Of a DNA stretch of 64,000 bases, positions 49,239 to 59,480 are shown piece by piece. The stretch is taken from assembly GCA_965205015.1 (NCBI GenBank), contig OZ242029.1, positions 2,720,001 to 2,784,000 of the forward strand, in the 5' to 3' direction. The notes under the pieces are model-generated. The model was not told the DNA's origin. It worked only from the letters and a program-made list of their open reading frames with translations, and searched no databases. The DNA is from Candidatus Poribacteria bacterium. GTDB taxonomy: Bacteria > Poribacteria > WGA-4E > WGA-3G. Both the position numbers and the translations under genes were made by a program. The stretch's first letter is position 1. The number at the start of each line of letters is the position of its first letter.

Positions 49239-50239
49239 TCTCCAGACAACGGGAGTCTGACTTTCCCATTATCACGCTGCTGCGAGGTTAAGAAACCGAT
49301 GATAATCTGGACGACCTTATACCCTTCAGTGCCAGGCGAAACAGGTTCTCCACCCTCTGTAATAAGACCTACCAACTCTCGGGGTCCCGCAGGAATACCG
49401 GTGATGTCCCACGTTGGTGCCTCAATTGTTTCAATAGCATCGTCTTGGTGGAGTGTTGCTCCCTTGTCACTGATGAGAATGTAGCCGTTGGTCCCGACAA
49501 TCTCTACGCGAAACCCGGAGAGGGTTGTCTTTGGACCGCCAGCGTAATAGCCGCGCACGCCGTTCGCGAAGTGGATATATCCGTGTGCCGAGGGTTCCGT
49601 TGCGGGAACGTGTCCACCATCACCTTTATACTCGTTATAGTCCTCGTAGCCGTCCTCTAATTCGGCAGAGACCCACTCCGGATCTGAGTCAGCGAAGTAG
49701 CAGATGGCATCAACAAGATGTGTTCCGTTCCGGAAGAGCATCGCTCGCCCCCCACTCAGGGTGCCGATGACATACTGGACATCTCCAATGCGCCCGCCAC
49801 CGACGATAACATCTCTGGTATGCCGCCACAACGGCTGCCACCGACGGGTATGGTCAATCGAGAGAATCGTCCCGTTCCGCTCGGTTGCTTCCAGCATCCT
49901 ATCGGCGTCTGCGATGCTGGTTGCCATCGGTTTTTCACAGAAGATACCCTTTACGCCAGCATTTGCCGCGTCAACGACCAAATCGGCGTGCCGATGGTCG
50001 GATGTCGCCACTGTCACCATATCTAAATTCTCGGCAGCGAGCATCTCTTGATGGTTGGTATATAGGGAGATGTTCCCCCAATTGTCCTGATATTTTTCCT
50101 TGAAGGCATCCAATGTGCTTTGCACAAAATCGCAGCCAGCGGCTAATTCAACGTTCGGCATACCCACCAATCCCGATGCGTGTGTTGTGCCGATACCGCT
50201 ACAGCCAATAACCCCAACGCGTAAATCTGCCATTTTCAT
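49235..50239 (-). CDS. Gfo/Idh/MocA oxidoreductase
   Basis: VGVIGCSGIG, CEKPMA, GTHLVD. Confidence 0.93.
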   Translation of the reverse strand: MKMADLRVGVIGCSGIGTTHASGLVGMPNVELAAGCDFVQSTLDAFKEKYQDNWGNISLYTNHQEMLAAENLDMVTVATSDHRHADLVVDAANAGVKGIFCEKPMATSIADADRMLEATERNGTILSIDHTRRWQPLWRHTRDVIVGGGRIGDVQYVIGTLSGGRAMLFRNGTHLVDAICYFADSDPEWVSAELEDGYEDYNEYKGDGGHVPATEPSAHGYIHFANGVRGYYAGGPKTTLSGFRVEIVGTNGYILISDKGATLHQDDAIETIEAPTWDITGIPAGPRELVGLITEGGEPVSPGTEGYKVVQIIIGFLTSQQRDNGKVRLPLSGD

Positions 50240-50464
50240 ATCCTCCGCTATTCTATTACTTCAAACTCCAGAAAACCGAAAATGAGATGGTTACGAGATA
50301 AACCGTTTTGTCATGGAGACGATTATATACTGTGCTGAATTAGAAGTCAAATATTTTATAGGAGATCGGAAGGGAATCTAACAAAACGATTTGTTATGAA
50401 CTACAAATTTTGGTAAACTATATAGGTGAGATTAACAAATTTTCTGTAGAGAGGTAAAAAAATT

Positions 50465-50704
50465 ATGGTTAGAATAGTTGCTAATCCAGGAATTCTTGGT
50501 GGAAAACCGATTGTTGAAGGCACACGTTTGAGCGTCGAACATATATTGGGATTATTGGCAAGTGGTATGTCACATGAAGAGATTATCGCGGACTATTCGG
50601 ATCTAACGGAAGAAAGTATTCGGGCCGTGCTCGCCTATGCTGCGAAAGCCCTGCGCAATGAAATTTTTATTGACGTTGTCTCAGACCGGGATGGAGATTC
50701 TTAA
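50465..50704 (+). CDS. DUF433 antitoxin-like protein
   Basis: PGILGGKPIVEGTRLSVEHIL...LTEESIRAVL. Confidence 0.9.
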   Translation: MVRIVANPGILGGKPIVEGTRLSVEHILGLLASGMSHEEIIADYSDLTEESIRAVLAYAAKALRNEIFIDVVSDRDGDS

Positions 50705-50706
50705 AG

Positions 50707-50784
50707 ATGCTCCCACCACTTGTTGCTGATGTCAACATTGCTTCTCGGGTTGTTCAATTAAGTTTCACTCCCATAATTTCGTAG
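50707..50784 (+). pseudogene. 5' remnant of a DUF5615 PIN toxin
   Basis: MLPPLVADVNIASRVVQL resembles the LIADENVDKLIVETL start of 7964-8317, then stops after 25 codons. Confidence 0.55.
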
Positions 50785-50796
50785 TCCAAATTAATT

Positions 50797-51144
50797 TTAC
50801 CGCAAAATTTGCGTCGTTTGGCTGAACCACTGGAAAAATTTCTGAATCCAACCAGGGCGAGAAGTCCGAATTTCGGAAATATCAGGTAGGGCTATTGTTA
50901 TTGATTTCCACACCCCATCAGCATAGTCAGGATTATTTTCATGGAATGCAATCTCTTTCGCTTCAGGAATCGGTTCACCATCAAGCAGCATGCCTTCAAT
51001 GTGACATTGGATGGCTTCAGCGGCTTGATTTTGTGCATCCTCAAGCGTATCGCCAGCCGTTATGCAACCGGGTAGATCTGGAACGGTTACACAATAGTCA
51101 CTATCTGGGTCTTTGTGAATCACAATAAGGTAATGCCTATGCAT
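50797..51144 (-). CDS. hicB: HicB family antitoxin
   Basis: Start MHRHY at 51144 (GAGGTG RBS); VTVPDLPGCITAGDTLEDA...EAIQCHIEG...GEPIP. Confidence 0.9.
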   Translation of the reverse strand: MHRHYLIVIHKDPDSDYCVTVPDLPGCITAGDTLEDAQNQAAEAIQCHIEGMLLDGEPIPEAKEIAFHENNPDYADGVWKSITIALPDISEIRTSRPGWIQKFFQWFSQTTQILR

Positions 51145-51383
51145 AAAACACCTCGTGTTTTTCTCTTGGTCTGTTTTCTCCAACTTGGATTCCAACCCTT
51201 CCATCCTGCTTGCCTACAGATACTTAACAATGTCTGTTGCCGTAGGTCTTTCTTAGGGTGAGGGACGGTTACTCGCCCAGGCTTGTTAGGGTGTTTGTAG
51301 TGATGGTGACTACCAACCGTGTGAACCAACATCCATCCTTCTTTTTTTAGTCTCTTCATCACCTCACGACTTGAGATTGCCAT
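51120..51383 (-). CDS. hicA: HicA family mRNA interferase
   Basis: SSREVMKRL..EGW...GSHHHYKHP..PGRVTVPHPKKDL. Confidence 0.92.
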   Translation of the reverse strand: MAISSREVMKRLKKEGWMLVHTVGSHHHYKHPNKPGRVTVPHPKKDLRQQTLLSICRQAGWKGWNPSWRKQTKRKTRGVLCIGITLL

Positions 51384-51426
51384 ATTCCAAATTAACTCGG
51401 TTCTCCACTAAAAATGTCAACATGTC

Positions 51427-52404
51427 TTAAAATCCGTCGGTATACCAAAAAATATGATGCGATTGGATACCTTGTTCCAAGGGTTTCGGTTGATTGTGTA
51501 ACAGGTTTGGAATCGAATTGAACGCCGGTGATGCCATTTTCTCCGAAAGCACGGCGGGTTGAACGATACGGTACATCGCACTCCCCTGTTCCTCAAGCGT
51601 TGGCGCATTGAAACCATCGGCAATAGGTGCGGGATAGATAACTTCAAGGGATTCCGCATCCATCTGTGCGATAATATGAGAGAGCATGTCTTCGAGAAGG
51701 TGTTTACCTCTATCTCTCTCAAAGGCTCCCTCTGAGGCGATAAACTCTTTAACACCCAACTCATCCTCGCGGGGGTTGACGGAGATGTAGCCTTCAATGG
51801 TGCCGTCCCGCTCAGCAACCCATGCGTTCGAGGACTCGGTTCGCACCCACTTCGTCCAATACGCGATTTCATCTCTAACAAGCGTGCCGTTAAATTTTCG
51901 CGCATATCGGTCATAAAGATCAGCGATCCGTGTAACTTCGACTTCATCATCAAAATTGGCTGGGCGGACTTCCCATGCCGACTCTTTTTCAGCAGTGAAA
52001 GATTGTTTTGCGTAGTAGCGAGGGACCTTTTCCCACCCTTCAATCGAATAGATGCGTTGGCTTCCGAAAAGCACAGAAACAGCAATGTCGCGGGACTCCA
52101 TGAACTGGATCGAATCTTTGAGGAGTTGTGTAGCGATGCCGCGTCGGCGGTATTCTGGGCGCGTGCTGACCTCGCCGATGCCGCCAACGGTTATCGGTTC
52201 CCCGTGCAAAAATATCTTTCGGATAAAGACGCGCACTGTGCTAACGATAGTCCCATTGTCAACTGCGACGCGGATACCCTCAGCGTCCCGCCATGGATCG
52301 TTGTGCCAGTGATTAGAAAAGTATTGACGGCCCCCTGTAAAGACAGATGTGACATGGTCCAGCCACGCTTCTAATTCTTCAGGGTGAAGAGCACGAAATT
52401 CCAT
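51427..52404 (-). CDS. GNAT N-acetyltransferase (Eis-like)
   Basis: GGIGEVSTRPEYRRRGIATQLL; tandem GNAT folds; probable start MEFRAL. Confidence 0.9.
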   Translation of the reverse strand: MEFRALHPEELEAWLDHVTSVFTGGRQYFSNHWHNDPWRDAEGIRVAVDNGTIVSTVRVFIRKIFLHGEPITVGGIGEVSTRPEYRRRGIATQLLKDSIQFMESRDIAVSVLFGSQRIYSIEGWEKVPRYYAKQSFTAEKESAWEVRPANFDDEVEVTRIADLYDRYARKFNGTLVRDEIAYWTKWVRTESSNAWVAERDGTIEGYISVNPREDELGVKEFIASEGAFERDRGKHLLEDMLSHIIAQMDAESLEVIYPAPIADGFNAPTLEEQGSAMYRIVQPAVLSEKMASPAFNSIPNLLHNQPKPLEQGIQSHHIFWYTDGF

Positions 52405-52532
52405 TTTTAATGATACCTTGTGGAAGAACACCGGGTGTTAAGACTATTGTGTATATTCCTGAAATCCGCCTGCATGTTTTTGCTTGGGTATTTCTGCGTA
52501 TTGTTGCAGGAAACCGTGATTCTGGTTTTATC

Positions 52533-54554
52533 TTAAAACTTTATCGTTAACTCACCGACGAACTGACGCGACTCATTACGGCTCCCAAACACTTCGTAGA
52601 GGTCGCCAGAGACATCGTAAAACCGACGGATGAAATTGCGGCTTGTTTCCGCTGGATTCAGATCCGCATAACGCAGCCATAGATTCGTCCGAGACCAGAT
52701 ATCCCAATTGAGTTCAACAACCGTAGCGCTCGCGTCGCCGGTGTCTATTCTCTGTTGTTTGTTGAGGTCAGGGAAAAGGGCGTCCTGTGTCAAATCAGAC
52801 GTGCCATCAACACGACCGATGGATAGGTTCAATTCCTTGTATCGATACGGATTTGGATTCGTGATGAATTTCAGATTCGCGGCGAACGCATTCTCCAACG
52901 CTTGTGTCTCGAAGTTGTAGCTATCTTCTACCTTTGCAGGCGTAACATAACGTTCATCCTGTTCGCCATACGTCAACTCATCAAGGAATGTCAGGTGCCA
53001 CCGCTCAGAGAGACTATAGGTCCACCCAAACATGTTTTTGAGTTCCAGTTGGTTGAGTTCATCTTGAACATCGGTTGAAATGTCAATGTCTTCATAATCT
53101 TCCAAGTAGTTGTTGCGGAGATTGGCGGCGCGAACGCTGTAAAAACCGTTCATGTGTGAGGGTTTCACGGTAAATCCGCTGACAGAATATTGTGCGATGG
53201 TAAAATCACTATCGTCTCGTAGATAGAGGTATCCAGCAGCGTCCAGATCCAAGAAGGTCTGATCGTGTTTTTCCTCACTGAGTTGATCGGTTTCATAAAC
53301 GATGCGCCCGAGGTACCGTCCATTGAGATCGAACTTCTGGATCCGTGAGATGATGTTATGAAAGAGCGTCAGACGAATGTCTTTGCGTTTCAGCTCTTCG
53401 GCGAGTTCTTCTTTGTCTTCCGCATCGGTTTCATCGGCATAGTATCGACTGTATTCTGCTTCCTCCAGTAGTCGGACGCGTCGATTCAAGGCGGCAGTAT
53501 CGGCAGTCGTAGCGGGACTCTGTGCGAACGGTCCGTATCGTGGATGCGTTGCATTCGTAATCGCGTCAGCAAGTTCCGCTTGACCTGGCGTGATTTCCGT
53601 GAGTTGCGTCAATGTCGGGGAGAGCGCAATAATTTCTGGGAGTCCACCGATTTTTCTCCGGAACCGACTGGCATCTTTAACGAGGATCTCGCCGGTAGGG
53701 AGGGCAACAAGTGCCATCGGTTTCATAAATTCACCATTGCCTCGTCCTTTTCTCCCAAAACTGCCGAGCGGTTTCCCCGCGGCGTCGAACCTCACAACCC
53801 GGTGGTTCCCGGTGTCTGCGATCAGTACATTTCCCCGGGCATCAATTGCGATGTCCGAGGCATCCATATCAAACTCTCCTTCGCCTGCCCCATACCTCGC
53901 GAAAGTGAGCAACCTCTCTCCATCGGTACTGAACTTATGGACGCGTCCGAGTTCTGCGTCTAAAACGTAAAGTTCATTTTCGGCGTTGCGAGCGACGCGG
54001 AGGGCTCTATCATAACCCTTCGGTTGAATGGCGAAAGCGGTTTTCCCTTGCTCGTCAATGATGAGATTCGCCGGTAAAACGACTTTGGGAAGGACATCCA
54101 TAGGATCGACAAAGTAGGTGTCTAACAACTCACCCTTCCCACTGAATTTGTGGATGCACGGCGCGAACATATAAACTTTCGGGGTACCTGCTTCAGTGCC
54201 TGTCTCTGCGATGTGCTGAATCGTTACATCGGCAACGTAGATATTCCCGAAACTATCTACGGTGAGGTGTCCGGGTTTCCGCAGGATATTGTCTGGAGAT
54301 TCCGGTGCTTCTGGAATTTGGAACAGGAATTCGCCTGTCGCTGATAATTTCTGTATCAGCCTATTTTCGGCGTCGCTGACGTAGATGTTTTGGTCGTCAA
54401 AGGCGAGGTGGATCTCCTTGCCAAACCGTCCTTGGGTTGCGCCTTTTCCTGCGAATTCACGTTCTAATTGGATAAAGTCTACTGGGAACGCCGAATTTAA
54501 TCCGATGCATAGTAAACAGAGGGTGAGTCGTATGATGATGAACGTATTTTTCAT
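52533..54554 (-). CDS. Secreted NHL-repeat protein with a putative C-terminal beta-barrel
   Basis: Signal peptide; IYVSDAEN, IADTGNHRV, FGRKGRGNGEF; alternating beta-strand pattern ending GELTIKF. Confidence 0.82.
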   Translation of the reverse strand: MKNTFIIIRLTLCLLCIGLNSAFPVDFIQLEREFAGKGATQGRFGKEIHLAFDDQNIYVSDAENRLIQKLSATGEFLFQIPEAPESPDNILRKPGHLTVDSFGNIYVADVTIQHIAETGTEAGTPKVYMFAPCIHKFSGKGELLDTYFVDPMDVLPKVVLPANLIIDEQGKTAFAIQPKGYDRALRVARNAENELYVLDAELGRVHKFSTDGERLLTFARYGAGEGEFDMDASDIAIDARGNVLIADTGNHRVVRFDAAGKPLGSFGRKGRGNGEFMKPMALVALPTGEILVKDASRFRRKIGGLPEIIALSPTLTQLTEITPGQAELADAITNATHPRYGPFAQSPATTADTAALNRRVRLLEEAEYSRYYADETDAEDKEELAEELKRKDIRLTLFHNIISRIQKFDLNGRYLGRIVYETDQLSEEKHDQTFLDLDAAGYLYLRDDSDFTIAQYSVSGFTVKPSHMNGFYSVRAANLRNNYLEDYEDIDISTDVQDELNQLELKNMFGWTYSLSERWHLTFLDELTYGEQDERYVTPAKVEDSYNFETQALENAFAANLKFITNPNPYRYKELNLSIGRVDGTSDLTQDALFPDLNKQQRIDTGDASATVVELNWDIWSRTNLWLRYADLNPAETSRNFIRRFYDVSGDLYEVFGSRNESRQFVGELTIKF

Positions 54555-54569
54555 TATGAAGTATCTTTT

Positions 54570-55076
54570 TTACGGTTTAACGATTTGATCCTGCAATAGT
54601 GGCGCAAGTTCCTTACGCAGTTGTTGCATTTCGGCTTGCATCGCTTCAAGCCCTTTCTGCATCTCATTTTGATTACGTTGCCTGGAAACAAGGATAAGCT
54701 GCGGAATACCGATTGCCAACACAATTAACGCGATAAGTGCCGTCACTAATATCACAAGCAGATTCATGTTTCTATCAACACCCTCTATTCTCCCTGGTAA
54801 ATCCGCTATTTTACCTTCAAGTGTTGTGAGTCTGTCTTCAAGCGTTGTGATTTTACCCTCAAGTGTTGTGATTTTACCCTCAAGTGTTGTGATTTTGCCT
54901 GTGAGCCTGCTTTCAAGTCCCTCAAGTTTTAAATCAATATATTCGCGCGTCCGTTTTTCCGATGCAGAGACGGCTTTTTCTACGATATTGGAGATTGTTT
55001 GAACATCTGCTGGCGTCAATTCAGCAAACGCCGAGGGCGTGAATAAGAGACAGACCACTATTACCAAGTTTTTCAT
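54570..55076 (-). CDS. Signal peptide-coiled-coil-TM-coil family protein with heptad tandem repeats
   Basis: AFA/EL cleavage site; (KITTLEG)n; TM ALIALIVLAIGIPQL. Confidence 0.85.
   Translation of the reverse strand: MKNLVIVVCLLFTPSAFAELTPADVQTISNIVEKAVSASEKRTREYIDLKLEGLESRLTGKITTLEGKITTLEGKITTLEDRLTTLEGKIADLPGRIEGVDRNMNLLVILVTALIALIVLAIGIPQLILVSRQRNQNEMQKGLEAMQAEMQQLRKELAPLLQDQIVKP
54808..54900 (-). repeat. 21-bp tandem repeat (about 4 units) encoding heptads
   Basis: TTTTACCCTCAAGTGTTGTGA units on the + strand. Confidence 0.9.
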
Positions 55077-55203
55077 GGCGATTCCCTTTAGTGTCAGTTT
55101 TGATCTGAGTTAGAGGCCTTAAATCTTAAATATGGTACACGCTTCTGATATGAATGTCAAGACAAAACGTTTCAATCCGATTGCTGATGGCTGACCGCCG
55201 CTA

Positions 55204-57195
55204 CTAATCCGGTAAAATCCGATATCCGGTACTAATCCCTGTAATCATTCCGATAATTGCCCAGAGTCCAGCACACGTCATCTCTCCGATAACGAGTCCG
55301 AGGAAGATAGGTCTCGCGCTCCGATACGCCTTCAATCCACCATATTTCACGATGCTAAACTTCAGACCCCAGCCCAAAAATATGGAGAACCACAGTTTAA
55401 ACGTTGCCCATGAACTCAACATCGTATAGCCGAGCGGATGCAGGGGCCACCAGATAAACGTCTGACGCATCCACATCAGCCAGATTGTGAACCCGCTTCC
55501 GAAGACCATAAAGCCCGTATTCGTCCAATTCGTGCTTGTTTTCGGACTGACCAGCAGTCCCTCGAGCTGGCGCATGAACCAACTCCCACCTGTGTAAGGT
55601 GCCCCGTGTGCATAACTCACCTTGATCGCAGAGTAATAGGAAACACCCAGTCCGATAACCATTGCGACCGCCATCGCGATGAGCAGTTGTCGGCGTTTGA
55701 CGCGGGCATCATCTGCCGCTTTCAATCCGTTCATGATGTTCGGCATCATAAATTCACGAAGGTCCAACGTGAGACACACCGGATGCATCATTATTGAAGT
55801 CAATGTAGAGGGGTGGATTTTTGAGGTACCCAGCGTCGTTAGGAAGAAACTCTGTGGTGAAAACGATGGATTGATGAACGGAATCCCGCCGTTAATCACC
55901 TGCCACGTCAGCAGCACATACATCGCGAGCAGAAACAGCACAAAACCGAAAGCAAAGAGGAGGGACATTCCCATCAAATGATTGAAAAACGCAAGCACGC
56001 AGATACCACCAAGGAGTCCGAAGATCGTAACGCCGTGGGGCAATGCCTCATCGGAGGGACGGAACTGGAACATGGTTTTAATGTGATGTCTCGCTTTCCA
56101 GAGCGCGATAGCAACAAACGTCAGACAGGCACCCGCCTCCTGCGCAGCACTGAACGACTTACCCGTCCACTGCACTCCGGGTCCCGAACTGAGTTGGAAA
56201 CCGAGGATTACACCCAATAGGCATTGGAGTTTGTAAAACACGAAGAAAAACCAGATGCTGAACGATACCTCCAAAGTGAGCAGATAACTGAACCCTACCA
56301 TCGACCAGAAGATGACGATCTGAAACGGGCGGAGCGCGGTCCACGGCTTTTCAGAGAGGTACGCGTTCAGCCAAAAATCGCGCGGGACATGCGGCATAGA
56401 CGGAAAGAACGTATGGAGACCGTTCATCGTATGTAGGAAGACAGGGAACGCAAACCCGAACCAGAGTGCGCTGTTCTTAAAGAGTGGACCGAGGCTCCCT
56501 CTACCTTGTGCTGCCATCTCTACAGGTAACTTAACGAGGGGGAAGGCACAGCGTTCGTACTCCACCCACTGCTTACGGAGCAGCACCGACAAACAGATCA
56601 TCACGAAATAGACGACGAGAACGTAGGCACTCCACGTTAAAATCGGGACGATCCACGGTCCCCACGGCACAGATTCCCCATCGAACAACCCCTCAAAGAA
56701 AGACTGCGCAGCGGTGTGGTCGCGAACCACGCGCCATTGTGGGATATAGTGATGGAATAGCGACTCCCAATCGTTTTCGGGTGTGGCGAGATACTGATAC
56801 GCCACCATCGGACTGAGGGCATAGCGCATCATCCCTGAAGATGGGATCCCGGCTGGCGCGAGCATGATACACCAGATCGTGACAAGTTCGCCGGGTGAGA
56901 ACGCCGAGGAAGGATGGACCCGCTTCAGGAGAACATTGATTCCCAATACAAAGAGCGTCAGCACAAAGAAGGGAGCAACAGGGAAATGTCCACCTGCGAG
57001 GAAGATGTTGCGGATGACGTAATCGTTATAGGGGGCGAGGAGACATTCGGTCGTCGCGCACGCCAAGCCGATCAGCACTGCGCGCCACGTGAGACTGTCT
57101 CGGGTTTGTTGTTGAATCAATGTGTTGCCTTTCCTGTTCTTATGCTTTCGACGATAAGTATACCACATCCCCATTTTTTTTATAGTAAAACCCAA
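55204..57195 (-). CDS. Polytopic membrane protein, DUF6785/DUF6784-like putative transporter (real start probably near 57120)
   Basis: Many TM segments; TWRAVLIG, LRKQWVEYER..FPLV.LP, WWPLHPLG, PIFLGLVIGE. Confidence 0.8.
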   Translation of the reverse strand: MGFTIKKMGMWYTYRRKHKNRKGNTLIQQQTRDSLTWRAVLIGLACATTECLLAPYNDYVIRNIFLAGGHFPVAPFFVLTLFVLGINVLLKRVHPSSAFSPGELVTIWCIMLAPAGIPSSGMMRYALSPMVAYQYLATPENDWESLFHHYIPQWRVVRDHTAAQSFFEGLFDGESVPWGPWIVPILTWSAYVLVVYFVMICLSVLLRKQWVEYERCAFPLVKLPVEMAAQGRGSLGPLFKNSALWFGFAFPVFLHTMNGLHTFFPSMPHVPRDFWLNAYLSEKPWTALRPFQIVIFWSMVGFSYLLTLEVSFSIWFFFVFYKLQCLLGVILGFQLSSGPGVQWTGKSFSAAQEAGACLTFVAIALWKARHHIKTMFQFRPSDEALPHGVTIFGLLGGICVLAFFNHLMGMSLLFAFGFVLFLLAMYVLLTWQVINGGIPFINPSFSPQSFFLTTLGTSKIHPSTLTSIMMHPVCLTLDLREFMMPNIMNGLKAADDARVKRRQLLIAMAVAMVIGLGVSYYSAIKVSYAHGAPYTGGSWFMRQLEGLLVSPKTSTNWTNTGFMVFGSGFTIWLMWMRQTFIWWPLHPLGYTMLSSWATFKLWFSIFLGWGLKFSIVKYGGLKAYRSARPIFLGLVIGEMTCAGLWAIIGMITGISTGYRILPD

Positions 57196-57305
57196 AAATA
57201 AGTGAACATTCGTAGCACAAACTGTCCAGTTTGTGCAGGGGAGGCACGCAAACTAACAGTTTGCGCTACCATCGGGGTGCCCAAGTAATTATTGACTCTA
57301 CTATA
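57181..57305. mobile_element. Correia-like MITE carrying a REP doublet
   Basis: Ends TATAGTAAAACCCAAAAATA / AAGTAATTATTGACTCTACTATA; internal GTAGCACAAACTG..CAGTTTGTGC and GCAAACTAACAGTTTGCGCTAC. Confidence 0.72.
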
Positions 57306-57625
57306 ATAGCACAATTTTCCGGTAGGCGGGAAGAAATCCGCAGAAATCCGCAGAAATCCCCTATCAAAAACCCCTATCAATCCGCAGAAATCCCCAAGCA
57401 AAAACACCCCAAGCAAAAACACGCCGGTTCCCGACAATATTGGTTATCGGCGATCGGTAAGGAGGTTTTCGTTTAAAACGCCCTTTTGCCGACTGCCGAC
57501 TGTCGACTGCTGACTGCCATTCTTGACTGAACGGCTCTGATTGACGGTCGATTAGGTATGGACTTTCATGGACGCGTATGATACAATAAATCCCTAAGAA
57601 TTTTAACGCAAACCCGGAGAAAAAA

Positions 57626-58853
57626 ATGAGACGTTTTGGCACCCAAGGCCGCGTCTATCCTGATCGGCACTACGTTGTCTCGCGGACGGAGGAGATTACT
57701 GACTTTATTGACCGCATCAAAGACGGACGCTACGTCGTCCTCTTTGCACCCCGCCAGACCGGAAAGACCACGTTTTTCCGATTCGCACTTGACGCACTCA
57801 TTGCGACATCATCCCTCTATTTCCCAATTCAACTGAATTTTGAAGCGTATAAAAATCTCGCCGCTGCCGATTTTTATGAGGCTTTCTATAAGCGGGTTCG
57901 CAGAGAAATTGATCGGGTTTTCCAAAAACGGGGACACGTGCCTTCTGAGGGGCTCACGCGCTTCCTTGATAGCGTGAAACTCACCAATCACATTTTGATG
58001 ATGGAGTTCTTTGAGGCGCTTGATGGCTTTTTGGAGCGTCAATATAGGGAGCAGAAGGTAGTTCTCATCATAGACGAGTTTGATGGGATCCCGCAGACGG
58101 TTTTGAGTGATTTTCTTCATTCGCTGCGTGCTATCTATCTCTCTGATGAAAGGCGATGTCCCCATAGTGTTGGCATTGTCGGGGTCAAAAGCATTGCACA
58201 ACTTAACTATGACAGATCCGTTTCGCCGTTCAATATACAAGATGAATTCCATCTGCCCAACTTCACGTGCCAACAGGTGCGAGAACTCTTGGCGCAGTAT
58301 ACAGACGAAGTCGGACAGCCTTTCGCGTCACCTGATTAACGGACTTGAAGGGGACTACTTCTCGGAAAATAGTGACACCGACTTTATCGATTATCTCACT
58401 CCCACTGGACTGCTCTTAATGGCACCGCTACTGGATAACTTCAGAGATTTCATCGCCCGCGCCGGGTTCCGCATCCTGCAGGTGCCAGATACCCCGCAAG
58501 AGTTTGTCGGGCAGTATCTACTGTACACCTATCTGGACCAATTTGTCCGGAGCGTGCGCGGGAGCATGTACCTTGAGGTGCAAACCGGACGTGGCAGAAT
58601 GGATCTCATCGTTCTGCATAACAACCGAAAATACATCGTTGAGACCAAGATTTGGGAAGGTGAACGGCGGTATCAAGCCGGCAAAAAGCAGCTCGCGACG
58701 TATCTCAAGTTAGAAGGGGCAGGAGAAGGGTATTACGTCATCTTTGACCACCGCGTCACGCCTGAACCTCGTGTAGAAACAGAGACGCTCGAAGGATTAA
58801 CAATTCGGAGTTACGTGATCCCGGTGATACAGGAGCACCCCTCCTCGACTTGA
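57626..58853 (+). pseudogene. AAA-type ATPase + PD-(D/E)xK nuclease gene with internal deletion/frameshift
   Basis: Walker A APRQTGKTT and Walker B IIDEFD end at QPFAS; another frame resumes LINGLE...GRGRMDLIV...VETK...QLATY. Confidence 0.8.
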
Positions 58854-58977
58854 GGAATTTATAGTGCCGCCGCAAAAAAAATGATGCGATGCCGTGCGGC
58901 AAGCCGTTCGGAACTATCTGAAACTCCCCAAGGCATAAATTCACATAACTCAAAATTAACTTTTTTTGAAAAAATTG

Positions 58978-59006
58978 TTGACAAATTTGCGTTTTTTTTT
59001 TATAAT
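58978..59006 (+). promoter_or_regulatory. Consensus sigma70 promoter
   Basis: TTGACA-N17-TATAAT, perfect match, with AT-rich sequence upstream. Confidence 0.8.
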
Positions 59007-59480
59007 CCCCGTCAATTAAACTTCACCATGCGGAAAAAGGTCCAACGCGCAGTGTTTCAAACCCCAGAACAGCATATAAAGGGACACGCATGCAGAGCGG
59101 ACATATCAATTTCAACATCACGAAAACGATTCTCCATACCCCTCCAATGCATGAGGTATATGGAAATGTTACGTCCTGCCGTGTCTTTTGTTTACCAACA
59201 ATTCGCCGTATTAACGCAGCGTTAATAACAGTTACACTGCCCCCTCCCACTTTACATTTGTTAGGTAGTATTTTTCACAATATGGTATCGGCAGTGATTG
59301 CCGTGCTGGTTTCTTCGCGCCCGCGCGCCCTTCGTCTCACACGGAGGGTCTCGTCGTGGACTTTTTTTGTTGTCACAATCGCACCAAAAATCCGCGCAAG
59401 CCGTGTCATCCGCAATTCAGACAACTTTTAGACCCAAACGATGTCTTTTGGACATCACAACTGTATCAAAGGAACCGCAA

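Noticed and set aside
51417-52187. 256-aa alternative-frame ORF overlapping the GNAT gene, and the many other short antisense or shadow ORFs
   Set aside because: They lie within well-supported genes, have no motifs and show frame-shadow composition.
59023-59431. Short ORFs in the cohesin-cluster leader
   Set aside because: Mutually overlapping, no recognisable domains and weak RBS support; treated as probably non-coding.
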